A stretch of DNA of 64,000 nucleotides from Gnetum montanum (taxonomy: Eukaryota; Plantae; Gnetophyta): assembly GCA_015680685.1 (NCBI GenBank), contig MNCI01000270.1:567854-631853 (forward strand), written 5' to 3'. Position 1 is the first letter of the stretch, and each line of letters begins with the position of its first letter. The notes under the pieces are model-generated. The model had not been told where the DNA came from, made no database searches, and saw only the letters and a program-made list of their open reading frames with translations. This document shows, in pieces, positions 26,021 to 38,699 of this stretch. The position numbers were made by a program, and so were the translations under genes.

Positions 26021-26290
26021 TAAATAAAATCCTAATTAGCCTATCCCATGCACTGCAAGGTTTATCCAAAAATCTTATCTTTATTGCCATACACGAACTT
26101 GTGTTCAGGTACAATGTTTGCTCAAATAAAGATCCGTTCACTATGGGACTCCTACTGCGAGCACATGGAAAATATTCTATCTCTGTAGTGATCAATCTAC
26201 CAGAGTTTCCCTACTATCTAGCCTAGGATGAGGAAACAAGGGAGAGCCGCCTCTTATTTATAGATATGATGGTGCACTGCAATATTGCAT
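25885..26290 (-). mobile_element. Inverted fragment of an Athila-like LTR (host of D)
   Basis: The reverse complement shares GC(G/A)ATAT(C/T)GC, TATAAATAAGAG and CTTTATT..GAG...TGTAC...GGCAATAAAGAT with the LTR starting at 32602. Confidence 0.6.
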
Positions 26291-29128
26291 CCCATCAAAA
26301 ACCATAATACTATTTTTCCAAGTGTAGTATACACCATTTACACTATAGTAGTAGTTTCAACCATTTTTTCCATTTATAACCAACTACACCATTGGGCAAT
26401 CTCACTGACTAAAATTTTTACTAAAATAAGTAAAAGGTTAAAACAACATCTTGACAATGCCTTTCAACAAGTCCATAGTTTCGTCCATCGACATGACATA
26501 CATGGAATCTAGTTTGGATGGAGTGAGAATCTATGATCCAAAAGACCCCACTGTGGCTAAGTGTAGACAGTCACTTAGACAAATGGGGCAAATTCTAGAT
26601 TTTGTTGTACTTAACAAAGAGCATTACATCTATATTTGCATTAAGATCTAAGCTAGATTACTCATTTCATGTGCAAAGGCTGAAGCCAAGAGTGAGTATG
26701 AATTGATTCACCACAATGGAAAAGTGTATATACCCTATTCCTATGAAAAAATACTATTGAACAATGCTCATGCACACATACTCTCTTAATTTGGAGGGCT
26801 AGCATAAAGAACATGATGAGTTTGAGAAAGAGCCTAAACCATATAATTTTGTAGAGAGCCTATTCCAACAATCAGTCCCTCAAACTACCATAGCCACTTT
26901 GGCCCTACTTGTCTCTTCCATGGGATAGGCATCTCAACCATAATCTCCCATATATCCTACAATGTTTGGGTAGTTATAGCATTGCACTAAGCATAGCTTG
27001 TGCCTCAAATAGGCTTCTTGTTTTCTTCCATGCCTTTTGCCACATAGCCTTGGTTTACATAGCCCTCATTTTCCACACTTTCTCTCACCACAGTACCATT
27101 CTCCTCAATACTATCAGCCCATGCCTTCAACACAACCACCACCTTGTGTATCCCACACCTCCTCAATTTCAACATTATCATCCTTTCCCTCCTTATACAT
27201 TACCACCAACTCTTCCTAAGGTGTCTACACCATAGAAACAACCCACAAATATTACTTGTGCTACTACTTCCAACAGCAGTGAGAGACCTTAGCAACATCG
27301 AAAGCACCCCTTCTTTAGAAATGACCCTAGGAAGGGACAACATAATTTCGAGGCGACTACACCCTCCAACTTAGCACAAGTCCAACCCTATGGTGCATCC
27401 TTATCTTTGAACCCAATGCCTCATGTAACTCCATCAGGGCCACCAACTCACGCGCCAACAAAAATATGGCCCAATGAACACAGGCATGAAGGGTGACAAC
27501 CTGATCCTTGCATATCATCTAACCGTCCTAAATATCATAGTGGGTCAACTCGTTATTCAAGAACTACATCATAAAAATTTCCCTACTATGCTTATTATAA
27601 TCAAGTGTGTGAACCCTGATGGGGTAAATATGACCAAGCTCGAATATTTCCAACATGCAAGGATCCTTATCTTCCATTTATTAATCCTTGCCATGCTCAA
27701 CCATTTAGTTATGGGGGATATCCCCCATTTTAATAACAAGCAGGATTAATAAATATTTTTCATTTTCTTTAATTTTTCAATTTTTGTTTTTCATTTTTTC
27801 ATCTTTCAATTTCTTTTTTTATCTTTTTGTGTTTTTGGTATTTTTGTCTTTTTACAAGTAATCTCATCTACTAATAAAACACTCAGGTGGATCATTGGTT
27901 GAGGTGTGTTCTATGTTATCAAGTCTCAAGTGATCAATTATGTGGATAGTGAGCCCACTACATCCACTCATCCATTCTACAAATAAAAGGTTTTGTTCGA
28001 GGGTACAATGATATTCTTGACATTCTTAAAACTTAAATTAATTTTGTGTTCATTGTACCCAGAATGAAGAAGGATGGACCAAGAGGGAATGATTAGGGTG
28101 CGACATCAAGGAAACTTGTGGATTCTCTTTGGTGACATCTATGTGAGTTATCATGCAACGTGGTTGTAGTAAGATCCTTGTAGATATAATGAAAAATGGG
28201 AGTAAGAGTAATAAAAAAGGGCACTCAAAAATCCAATGCTATGCTAGGGGGTCCCACTGGAAAGACATGCACCCATGCCTGAATATTGGTGGCTTCTCTG
28301 GATTCAGTATTCAAAAAAAAAGAGATGAAAAAAAGAAGAAGAAGGAAGAAAAGAAGGAAGTTCCACAAAACAAAACAAAAAAAATCACTCCTCCCTTGAA
28401 TAAAATGCCAAGTGATCATATGCCTTGTTGTTGTGGTACTCTCGTAGTTACTCATCATGGGATGAAACAATGCAATGTCACTGATTAGAGGAATGGACTT
28501 GGTCTTGATTTTGGAATGATGGGTTAAGGACATGTTAATCATGCTTTACACGTAGGATTCACTGTGCCTTGGACTAATTACCTCATGTCCCAATCTCTAT
28601 GATCCCTTCTATACTTTGTCTCATCTCACTGTTCGTGTAATTTTAACTCATGTCATGTGTAACATAGAATTCTTACCTCATTCCGGTGATATTTACATGT
28701 GTGTGTTTTGTGGAATCAATGCAGATTACATTTAACAATTCTAGTGCCCAGGGACACTTTAAGTGTGGTTACACAAGGGCATTATAGGTTGAAACCTACT
28801 TTGGGGAGGATCCACTTGTGTAATCTTCACTTATGACATAGCTCACACCCACCCTTTCTTACCCTCAGCTTATTTTTCATAACATTCTTTCCCTTTTATT
28901 ATTACCCCTCTAAATAATAACGTTCCTATGTACCATTACATAGCCTTTTTCTCTACCACCTGAGGTTTTATTGATCATTTTCATAGATCATTATTCATGC
29001 CTTTAAAACCATATAATTACTTGGGAACCCCCTAACAATAGCCTAATATCCTAAGTTACAACATTAATTTCAAGAAAATCCCTAAAAGATTCGGTATTTT
29101 TGTGATGCCCCAATGTCACTAGGGCCGT

Positions 29129-29185
29129 GATATCGCATACATGATGTATCGTATGCGATATCGCATCCCTTCAACCCTATAAATA
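29129..29185 (+). promoter_or_regulatory. Putative internal promoter: GATATCGCATAC/GTATGCGATATC inverted repeat plus TATAAATA
   Basis: 12-bp perfect stem at 29129-29140/29151-29162; TATA at 29178-29185. Confidence 0.55.
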
Positions 29186-29652
29186 GGTAGCCCCCCCCAC
29201 AACACTTAGCCTCATTTCTTTCCATTCACGTGGGGGAGTTTTTTAAATTTTTCTCTATGACTTGTGAGTGTGACACCTTTTCTTTTCAACCTCTATCTTC
29301 CGATTTGAATTCTGTCTGAACTTGCTTGAACCCAGAGTGTTCAGCTTAGTCATGGGGGAGGGACACCTACTGAATAGCGCCTAAATTTTTTGGAATTTAT
29401 CATCGCCCAAAGGACACCATTAAGGGTAATTATTTGTAATTAAGAATGAAATGTGCCAAAAAAAATAATTTAACCCTTTAGGTACACTGGGAGATTAAAA
29501 TTGAAAAAAACACCTAAGTGAAATAGACTCATTATTACAATCTTTAAAGAAATATCACACAAAGATAAAAAAATTAATTAGTTAAGGCAAGGAGTAAGGT
29601 ATAACTTAATTTCAAAAACAACCTTACTAATGCTTGGCCTGTGTGATCGCAG

Positions 29653-32437
29653 ATGGTCCCGAAATGTGGACAAAAGGAAGGTCCTAATCAAGGTGGAAGT
29701 AAGTGACCCAGGAGAGGTGGAAGACAAGATCTTATCAGACAACATGCAGAACAGGAGGAGAAATCATTTAGTATTCATCAAGAGGATCCTCCTACTGTAC
29801 AGTCCAGGTAGGTAGAAGGAGGAACTATGGTAGTGCTTGAACAGGGACAACATCTCACGTTGCCCCAAGATTGTGTTCAGGCCATCCATGAAAAGTCCAC
29901 ATTCATTGCTATGATTTTGGAGCTAAACTTGGAATCTTTTACAGAGTTTGCTCCTGAGGCTGTTAGGGATCACCTTGAAGGATCTGCCTTATGGCCTGTC
30001 CTCTCTAAAAGCAGTGCTTGGTACCTAGGAGAGATGTACCAATTCTGGCACAATAGGGAACAAGACACCAGTATCAACATTTGTGGTGTGACAGTCAATT
30101 TCTTCACGTAGGCCATTTTAGAAGTGTTAAACATTACGAATACAGGGCCAAAATTTGCTCAATTATCCACCCGTTCAGACCCCGATGTGTGACGGGATTG
30201 GTTGGAAAGGGCTTATGGCAGAGATAAAACATTTGGTGAGTTGATGATAGAAGAGAGAATTTAGTTCAAAATTGGAACATATCACCTCTTTCCCACGAAG
30301 GGCTTAAAAAGAATATCAATGTATGTGGTGAGAGGATGTGTAGTGTTGATGGAAAATGTTAACGCTAACTTGCCCCATCTATATTTAACGGAGATCCTAA
30401 GGAGGTTCGAGGAATGGAAGATAGGGAAGATGGCATTGCCTTTCCCTTGTCTTATCAGAAAGCTTTCCCGACATGTTGGTATCAAGGGGTACACCAATGA
30501 TGTTCTCTGGAAAGCCCAAAATGCTTCCTATGCTGAACTGTTAAAGACACCAGTCGCAAGGAAAATTACTGGTAAGATGTTGGGACTAGAAGAAGAAGAA
30601 GAAAAATGGCTAGACCAACTGCAACTAAACTTGTAGGTCCCAGCCAACCTCCAAGCACAAGACCTAGCCAACAACAAAAAGTAGGACCCAGCACATGCCA
30701 AGATCAGCCATCGGCACAAGACTATAGACCATCGATGAGCCATCTCAAGGCCATCACTGAGATGGTCAGTTGGGGAAGTCATGATGATGCAAACCTCTTC
30801 CACGTCATTGATGATGCCATTCAGTCCACAATTTCTATGGATAACACAAGGGGTGTAGTATCTATTCACACAGGAGGAGGGAAAAGTAGATGATCGCAAT
30901 AGATCTCAGGAAACACGACATCTTTCAAGGTGCAATTAGAAACTAGTGAAGGGCCACTGTGGTGGTCATGCAATACTAGGGTGCTATAGAAGCTGAAGAA
31001 GTGGTCATAGATCACATCAAAGAATCATTCAATATACCTGTTGTGCCATCTATAGATCTCACAGAAGCACGAGATGCTCAAACTTTCGACGAAACCTTAG
31101 TGACTCCTACGGAACATGAGGATGCACTTGATTGATTGCTCCAAATAGGGCAAGTAATGACGTCCTTGTTTGACATCCCTTAGAATGTTACGGAAATTTA
31201 GTTAGACCTCATTTCCACAAAGGGGAAGCTGGTCTTAACAGAAGTGAGGATCAAGCATGCGGAAGCAGAAGTGCAGAAATTACAAGAACAGCTCATGGCC
31301 ATACAAGCAGTACAGTGAGATCCTCTACAATTTGTTCTTTTAGACCAGCTAGATAATTTCAAAATTTAGTAGCTAACCAAGCTAATCATGGAGAATAAAA
31401 AGGTGGCTAATGAAAAAGAGAAGGCTATTTGGGATGCCTTTGCAGCACAGACGCAAACTCATGCGCATATCAAAGCACTCAACACCTTACAGAAAGAAAA
31501 TAAATAGCTCATTGCCGATAACCTTCGGTTGACCACTGTGGAAAAGTAAAAGAATGTTCTTGAGGAACATTTTCATCAATTATGAGAAAAATTCATCCAG
31601 GTCAACCAAGACATAAGTCATTTAGCCAGGGAGAATAGAATCCTCTCAATGGAGGAGGTACGCGCAATTCGCCAAAAGATAGCTATTGAAATAAGCGCGT
31701 GGAAAAATGAGGCTAAACAACATGAAAAGCTAAAGGAGCACTTTCAAGATTAGGTGGGGATGTACAAATAGATCCTTGAGAAGGAGATCCATAAGGCCAA
31801 GGCCCATATCAATTCTATCAGTGCTCAACACGATGATTGGCAGGCCATATTGGACACATACGCTTTTGCCCACCAAGCAGAAGTTAAGAATTGGGACCTG
31901 CGGATTCAGGATTTGACAAAATACATGGAGTTGGAAAACCTACGGTATGCCAACCTTGCCATGTTAATAGTAGGGTGCCTAAGGATAGAGCTCGAGTAGT
32001 ATGTAGTAACCACCTATGTTAAATACGAAGCAGAATTTGCAAAACATAAGTAGTTGTTGGAAAAACTGGAGGTTGCAAATTCTGAACTTGGGGTGGTGAA
32101 AGCAAGCTACCAAGGCCAAAAAGGTGTTGTAGTGGATCTGGCTTGATGGCTTGTGAATTTTCAGGAATACAAAGATAAATATAGAGCCTACAAAGAAGAA
32201 CGATGGGTGTTTGCAGCTTGGTATGTCAAGGCCAATCAAATGTTTCCGCAACTACCCTGTCCGTGGGAAGTTTCGACTCTGTCAAACAGTGGAACATTAG
32301 CATGAATGATACAAGACCCTCAGACTAAAGAGGAGAAACTCAAAGCCATACTTGAACACCATCAAGTCTCAAAACCTGGAGCATAAGACAAAGGGAAAGC
32401 ACCAATGGAGGAGCCACCGCCACCAGGAACTACATGA
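29653..32437 (+). pseudogene. Athila env-like / Transposase_32-like ORF with coiled-coil C-terminus (degenerate)
   Basis: CAG|ATG start MVPKxGQK...KxPRRGGR, in frame with 29827; motifs INICGVTVNF and LPFPCLIRKLSRHVGI; heptad-rich at 31250-32150; ends DKGKAPMEEPPPPGTT*. Confidence 0.65.
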
Positions 32438-32601
32438 GTTCCACAATTTTGTAGTTGTAGCATATTCTTTGTGTTGTGTATTTGTTTTGTTTTCATTCCA
32501 TAGTGTGGCATAATCCCATTTTCACCATCCAATAATCCCATACCTATCCACTATGTAATCACTATAACATGAGGACAAGTTTTCATTCAGTCATGGGGGT
32601 G

Positions 32602-33294
32602 TGATGAGTCACATTTTGGGTGACCGCGATATCGCGGCCCAATCCACAATATCACATATGAAATATCACGACCTATCTTCTCATATATAAATAAGAGTTA
32701 GATAGATGAGTTAGAAATCATTAGATCACTAGGAAGTAAGTTAGTTTTAGTTTAAGTGTTTTTCATTTCTTTCTCTCAACCCTTTTCCTCTCCGTGTATG
32801 CCCACAGTATGGTGAATGTAATTGTACAACATCCTTTATTCGAGTGTGATGTACTTGGACACGCACATGATTGGCAATAAAGATTGAGGTTACTTCATCA
32901 TTGAAGCATTCATTTATGGTAATAATTTAATTGATTTTTATTTACTGGTTTCCTAGTTAATCCCTCTCACCCTTAAACTCAACCCTAAACGTGAAATGAG
33001 TACGACTGGATTATGAGCATTTAAGTGTGACTACTTGATAACCCAGTAGCGTACCTAGGATCTGCGCTTGGTAATCCCAGTAGTAGTCATGCATGAAGTC
33101 CAAGATGTGTATGGATAATCAAGGAACGGATGGTCATCGCATTTAGGATAGTTTAGATTCTCTTATCCTTTCTCTCTTAGCTTAGATAATATTACTTTCC
33201 ATTGCCTTTAGGCGTAGCATTAGATTAGAAACACATCATACACCTCACTCTATACTAAACCATATGTGATAAAGCTAATACTAGTCTAGGTGGG
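32602..33294 (+). repeat. Athila-like 3' LTR, interrupted by element E (probably resumes at 51762-51840)
   Basis: TGATGAG after a G-rich PPT; palindrome CCGCGATATCGCGG at 32624-32637; TATAAATA at 32686-32693. Confidence 0.7.
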
Positions 33295-34990
33295 TGTAGC
33301 AACTGAAAACGTCGATGGTTGGAAGAACGCCAAGGTCGACGAACACAACAGTTCCAACCCCGTGCCCACGGGAGGGCAGTGTTAGGTGTGTGTGAACATG
33401 GGATGCCCTGAACGGTCTGGTCGATCAGACAGGGAATTACATCAGTGTCAATATAGCCTTTTGCAATATAAACTGTACGAGTTGCAAGATGGTGCTTATG
33501 GGTAATTACAGTGGGAAAAGAAAGGGACTAAAAAAAATACAACAACAATGCAAAATAGTGAATAAATGTAAGTGCGACAATGATATGAGACAATGCTTGA
33601 ACGTAAACAAAATAGAAATAATACAAGGAAGCCAGACAGTAAATAAGAGGTAACATAAGATACAGTTAGGGACATGCACCACTTCAGAGCTACAAATCTG
33701 TCCGGTTAGGGGGTGGCACAATCGGCTGCACATTGTGACGGAGTGTAGAAAGTTTCGAGAGTGACCAAAGCATGCTGGGAAACAAGAATAGCTGTGTACT
33801 TGGGCACAAATTTCACATATATACAATGTGGGTGGGATCCTACCAAGGTGGTAGCACAAGACCCCGGGCTTTATGCCAACCGAGAGAGGTTCTTTTTATA
33901 GATTGCTGGCCTCTCCTTTTCTTTTCCTTATTGTGAGATTGCATGTATTTCTCTTTGTTTGTTTCAAGCAAGGAGACTCCCCTTTCCCTTTTTTTCTTTT
34001 TTTTCATTGACCCTTTTTGTACTGCTTGACAGGCTATTTATAGGGCTGAAGGTAAGCTAAGGTGACCGTTTGAATACTGCGTTGTTGCAGACTTGCGCCA
34101 ACTTACTGGCATTACTCGAGCCATTTGTGACTGTTGAGCTTGCAAGACCGTTGTGATGCAAGCAATAACTGCAATCCTACTACATCGTGACTACACCGGT
34201 AGCTCCTAGAGGCATGTGCCAATGATTTGATTGAGGTGGAGTGCATTGATGTCGCATGGCCACCTTCCTATCGTGCTATGTTTTGCGACGTGGCTTACTT
34301 ATCGTGGCATAGCACCTTGCCGCATGTCTTGCCATACGTCACATACTTGCTACATGATGCTATGCTACGTAGCGTAGCGTAGCGACTGGGACAGTTTTGC
34401 TGATTTTCAGCTTATTCTGCCATAATGCAAGTTCTGCAGACTTTGCTGATTTCACCTTTCGAACCACCTTCTATCCCTTTCCGTAGGACTGCTACGCCTT
34501 ACTGCACCATGTAGCTCAACCTAGCGTAGTAGCAGACATGGTCTACCGCTTCTTGGTGAAAAGAGAGATCATTGTAGAACTTGAGATTGGATGAGGGAGG
34601 TGAGTAGTGAAGTTGTTGCTATGCTACACCATATATCATTGCGTAGCGCAACATCTCGTTGCACCATTTTTTTCTGGGGCTTGCTATGCTACACATTGTA
34701 GCGTAGTAGGCTTTGTGACTTAGAAAACTTGCTGAACTACTTCTCCTATGCCCCTAGGCTACTGTCGCTAATTCTGGACACCATTTCTGAGTAGGTTGCC
34801 AGCTGTTTAGACTACTTTGGCAGGCGGGTGAGTTGGTACGGAACTCACCCATGCCTAAAGTAGAAAATTTACCAAACTAGCCATCCTAGACTCAGAACGT
34901 TCTTTTCTTGATGAACTGTCATGGTGCTATGCAGACTGCAAGAGCCTGGTGAGGCCAGGATGACCTCACATTTTCTTTTAGGATGTTTCA
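33295..34990 (-). repeat. 3' LTR of E (1696 bp)
   Basis: TG...CA termini intact; reverse-complement TATA at 34035-34042. Confidence 0.95.
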
Positions 34991-35005
34991 TTGGCCCCTC
35001 TTTGT
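34991..35005 (-). promoter_or_regulatory. Polypurine tract (ACAAAGAGGGGCCAA)
   Basis: Immediately precedes the 3' LTR on the minus strand; same motif at ~57134-57148. Confidence 0.85.
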
Positions 35006-36018
35006 TGACGTTTGGAGAATAGGCTCGATCGACGTTGACAAAGAATATGAAACACCACAAGAAGCAAAACGTTGAGGCTGTCGCTTGGTGAGTACTGAGA
35101 TGTCACCTGGCTGTGCTTGAGGGTGCTTCATTAGTGCTGTGGAGGTTAAGGCAGAGAGTAGAGATGATGTTTAGCCAGGTCCCTCGTCGGAGTGCTTTGA
35201 GGGGCTCGTTTGCATTTTCATCTCTGACTGGCGCTATTCTTCAACCTCCCGCAGGCGACTGTCCCCTCTGTAGGATGAGCTGTATTACATCCGCGGAGGG
35301 TCTTGACTTGCCTATCAAAGCCTTCCACACTACAAGTTGTGTTACGCTTGTGCCAGAATTTGCACTCTCAAAAAACCATGTTAGTCGAGGCACTCACTTT
35401 GTGACATTGTAGCCTTTGCTGCTGTAGAGGGATGCGTCTATAGGGACAATGTTTTGTGGGATGCTAGCATTATTGTTACCCTTGGGCACCATCGTTGGTG
35501 TGATATGCCCAAAGCAGGGAGGCCAGCAATGGTCTTGATAGCACTGCTCATGGAGGAATCTATTCCCCAGGGCATTGAGGGCGCAGATGCACTGGGATCC
35601 CCACCAAAGGCATGCACACTGAGTTTAGCTATGGGATCAGCTACCACATAGCCAAACACTGTGCAATTCATTAACGAGGAATAGAAGTGGAACAATATTG
35701 TGGCTAGGCCACAATACTGTCAGCACCTCAGAAGCAGGAATAGGCCCGCGAGCTACCATCTAGGTGGTCGGTCGTAATGATGGTAGGTTTGAAGGGCCCA
35801 TGTGACATCGTATGACGTCTTCGAAGGGTCAGCATGACATCAAAAATGGCAGCACATACGCCCCAGATCGTGTTTTTCTTACGTCGAGAGCTGTGTCCTA
35901 GAGTGGCAATGACCCACTTGCATGCCAGTATTATGCTCCTTCGTTTGACGTATATTCGGTGATGATGCCTATTGAGGATGCGACATGAACCCAGTTTAAG
36001 GTTTTGGTAGACTAGGTG

Positions 36019-36387
36019 CTAGTTTAGGATCCCAGCAGATCGCTGTGCTGGTTTGAGGTCCCTGCGGACCGTACATGCTAGGTTTACGTCATGGAAGACG
36101 TGCGATGCCAGTTTATAGTCATAGTGGACTAACAGTGCCATTTTTACATCATGGCGGACTGTTGCTTCCAGTTTACCATTGTAGCGGATGCTGTTTGGTG
36201 CTACTAGTTTATCATCATTGCAGACGCTAACCGGCACGGCTGCCAGTTTCTCGTCATAGTGGACAGTTGCTACTAGTTTACCATCATAGCGGATGCTATT
36301 TTATGCTACTAGTTTATCATCATTGCGGACGCTAATCGGAGTGGCTGCCAGTTCACCATCATAGCAGATGGTGGAGTGTGCTGTCAT
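36019..36387 (-). repeat. 30/36/39-bp tandem repeats directly after integrase, open as a ~10-aa repeat (VRHDxKLA)
   Basis: Units such as TGCCAGTTTAnnnTCATnGCGGAC; ATG at 36387, in frame 6 nt after the INT stop. Confidence 0.75.
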
Positions 36388-36393
36388 TGCACC

Positions 36394-37670
36394 TTAGATG
36401 TAGTATGACTTGAGGTACATGTGGTTCACTAGGTTGGTGAATTCGTTGCCGTTCATGTCTGCCAGTTTGAAAGCTCCATTCCCGAAGGCTTTAGCGACCA
36501 CGTAAGGCCCTTCCCAGTTGGCTGAGAATTTACTCATGTGCTCATGGACGGCCTTGAGGATGAGATCTTCCTTCTGTACTAGCTATTGATGCAAGTCTAC
36601 ACAGTTCTTTTTTCATTGTTTGTCCTGATAGTGCTCGATTCTTCTTAGTGTCTGTGCGCATTCCTCCTCCACTGAGTTAAGGTCGATGGCTCGCGATTTG
36701 TTATTCTGGGCTTCACTCATGACATTGGACAAGATCATCTAGAGTGAGGGTACCTGTAACTCAAGAGGTAACATAGCTTCAAATCCATAAACGAGATTGT
36801 AAGGGGTCTTTTCGTGGTTCTGCAAGTCGTTCAATAGGCCTAGAGGACATAGAGTATTTGCTCGTGCCACCACCTCTTACTGTTGCTAAGCATACACTTC
36901 AGTAAGTTGATGATGGACTTATTTGTAGCCTCTACCTGTCCATTCACCTGCAAATAGTAGGGGGAAGAAAATGATTGTTTAATGCCCAAGTTACTACAAA
37001 AGGCCCGAGTTTCCTTACTGCTGAACTGTGGTCCATTGTCAGTCACAATAGTCATCGGAAGCCTAAACCTAGTCACGATGTTATCGAGGATGAAGTGGCG
37101 GATTTGCTGAGATGTCACTTTCCTTAGAGGAATAGCTTCCACTCACTTAGTAAAATGCTTTGTGGCAGTGATAATGAAGCTATGCCCCGTGGAAGACTCA
37201 GGTGTGATGGGCCCTATGAGGTCTAGTTCCCATCATTGGAAAGGCCATGTAATTTGTGTAGGGTATAGGTCTGTAGGTGCTATGTGTATGAGATTTTCAT
37301 ATCTCTGACATGTGTCACATGTCTTGACTTTTGACAAGCAGTCGTGCTCCATGTAAGGTCAATAATACCCTAGGCGTCTGATCTTCACTGCCATAGCCCT
37401 AGGTGCTATGTGTCCACCGCACAGCCCTTCATGAACCTCATTAACTACCTTCTATGCCTGCTCACCACCCACGCACGCTAGGAATATCCCATCGTAGGAC
37501 CGCCAGCATAGGGTGTCACTTCCTATGAGCACGTATTACCAAGCATGTTTGCGGATTGCATCTTTCTAGCTTGATGTCAATCTACCCGAGAGTTCACCAT
37601 GTTGCAGATATGCTTTAATGTTATCGTACCATTCCGGGGTGTCCGTAGCATCAACGTACACCACGTGTTT
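36394..37670 (-). pseudogene. Integrase (degenerate)
   Basis: HHCC motif HEGLCGGH...CDTC; core LDLIGP, IVTDNGPQF, NGQVEATNK; C-terminal KFSANWEGPY; TAA at 36394-36396. Confidence 0.95.
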
Positions 37671-37673
37671 TGC

Positions 37674-38255
37674 TCAAGTGATAGGTTCTGCGCATTCTAT
37701 GATCGCAGTTGGTAGGTTCACCAAGGAATGCGATGGGATGTTTAATGCGAGGGTAGCTAAGGTGTCTGCTATGTCGTTCTCACTGCGCGGCACGTGTTGC
37801 ACATCGGTGGTCATGAATTGTTTCAATAAAACCTTTGCTAGGTTGTAGTAGGGTTGTAGATGCATAGCCTTGCAGGCATAAACTTCGATGATTTGATTCA
37901 CAACTAGTTGTGAATCTCCTCGGATCACCAGGTGTTGTACATGTAGTGCGCAGGCAGTTAAGAGGCCTCTAAGTATCCCCTCGTATTCTGCCACATTGTT
38001 AGTGCATGGGAATGTGAAGTGATAAGCGGACGGGTACATTTCACCAGAGAAGAATGTGGTTATGGTAGCGGCGTTACCTCCTTGCATGGTTGACCCACCA
38101 TTGAAGTGTAAGGTTGCCTCGAAATGTGGTGGGACGATGGTGACATTGCTTACATATTTGTCTGGGAACTTAGGGTTGATGACTATCTGGTCGTCGACTA
38201 GCGAGGTTGTAAGTTGGATCGCTATGGCTTGGCCTTTTGTCGAAGATTGGCTCAC
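37674..38255 (-). pseudogene. Additional archaeal-type RNase H (aRH), diagnostic of the Tat clade
   Basis: TNNVAEYEG, GDSQLVVNQ, HVPRSENDIADTLA. Confidence 0.93.
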
Positions 38256-38660
38256 ATAGCGCAGATCAAATTTTGCAGTTATGGCCTTCCATTGGGCAAT
38301 CCTGCTACCCTCCTATAGGTTGCCGGTGATAGCCTGAAGTACATTGCTTTTGCAAATGATGTTGGTTGTGCTGCTGAATAGGTAGTGCTGCCACCTTTTT
38401 AGCGTAAACAATAAGGCTAGGAAATTCCTTTCCACCTCGTTGTATTTTTTTCATATGATATTAATGCATGGCTTAGGTAATACATTGGTATCTTAGAGCC
38501 ATCGTCCCACTTCTGACATAGTAGTGCCACTATGGATGCGTCAGAGGTGGTGAGGTATATGAAGAAAGGCTTGTCCATCTATGGTGGGTACACTGTTGGT
38601 AGGTGCGAGAGTTCCTTCTTTAGGTTGTCGAAGGCTTGTTGACATTGGACTGTCCACTTG
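38256..38660 (-). pseudogene. Retroelement RNase H / tether (degenerate)
   Basis: WTVQCQQAFDNLK, PFFIYLTTSDASI, YYLSHAL, YNEVERNFLAL. Confidence 0.88.
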
Positions 38661-38699
38661 AAGTCAACCCCTTTTCTCATAAGATGTTGCATGGGGTGT

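Larger units (their letters stand above)
26291..33294 (+). mobile_element. Element H: Athila-like element remnant (degenerate low-complexity ORF, long non-coding spacer, env-like ORF, PPT, 3' LTR); no pol visible
   Basis: Athila-type GAGGACA...GGGGGTG|TGATGAG junction at 32571-32608; env-like ORF; A-rich spacer. Confidence 0.65.

Noticed and set aside
34982-35056. Hairpin pairing the LTR start with TGAAACACC at 35048 around the PPT
   Set aside because: Only ~10 bp, and not evident in the related copy at 57070-57160.
36019-36380. CRISPR-like repeat-spacer array
   Set aside because: Units are degenerate tandem repeats without unique spacers, in a plant retrotransposon with no cas genes.
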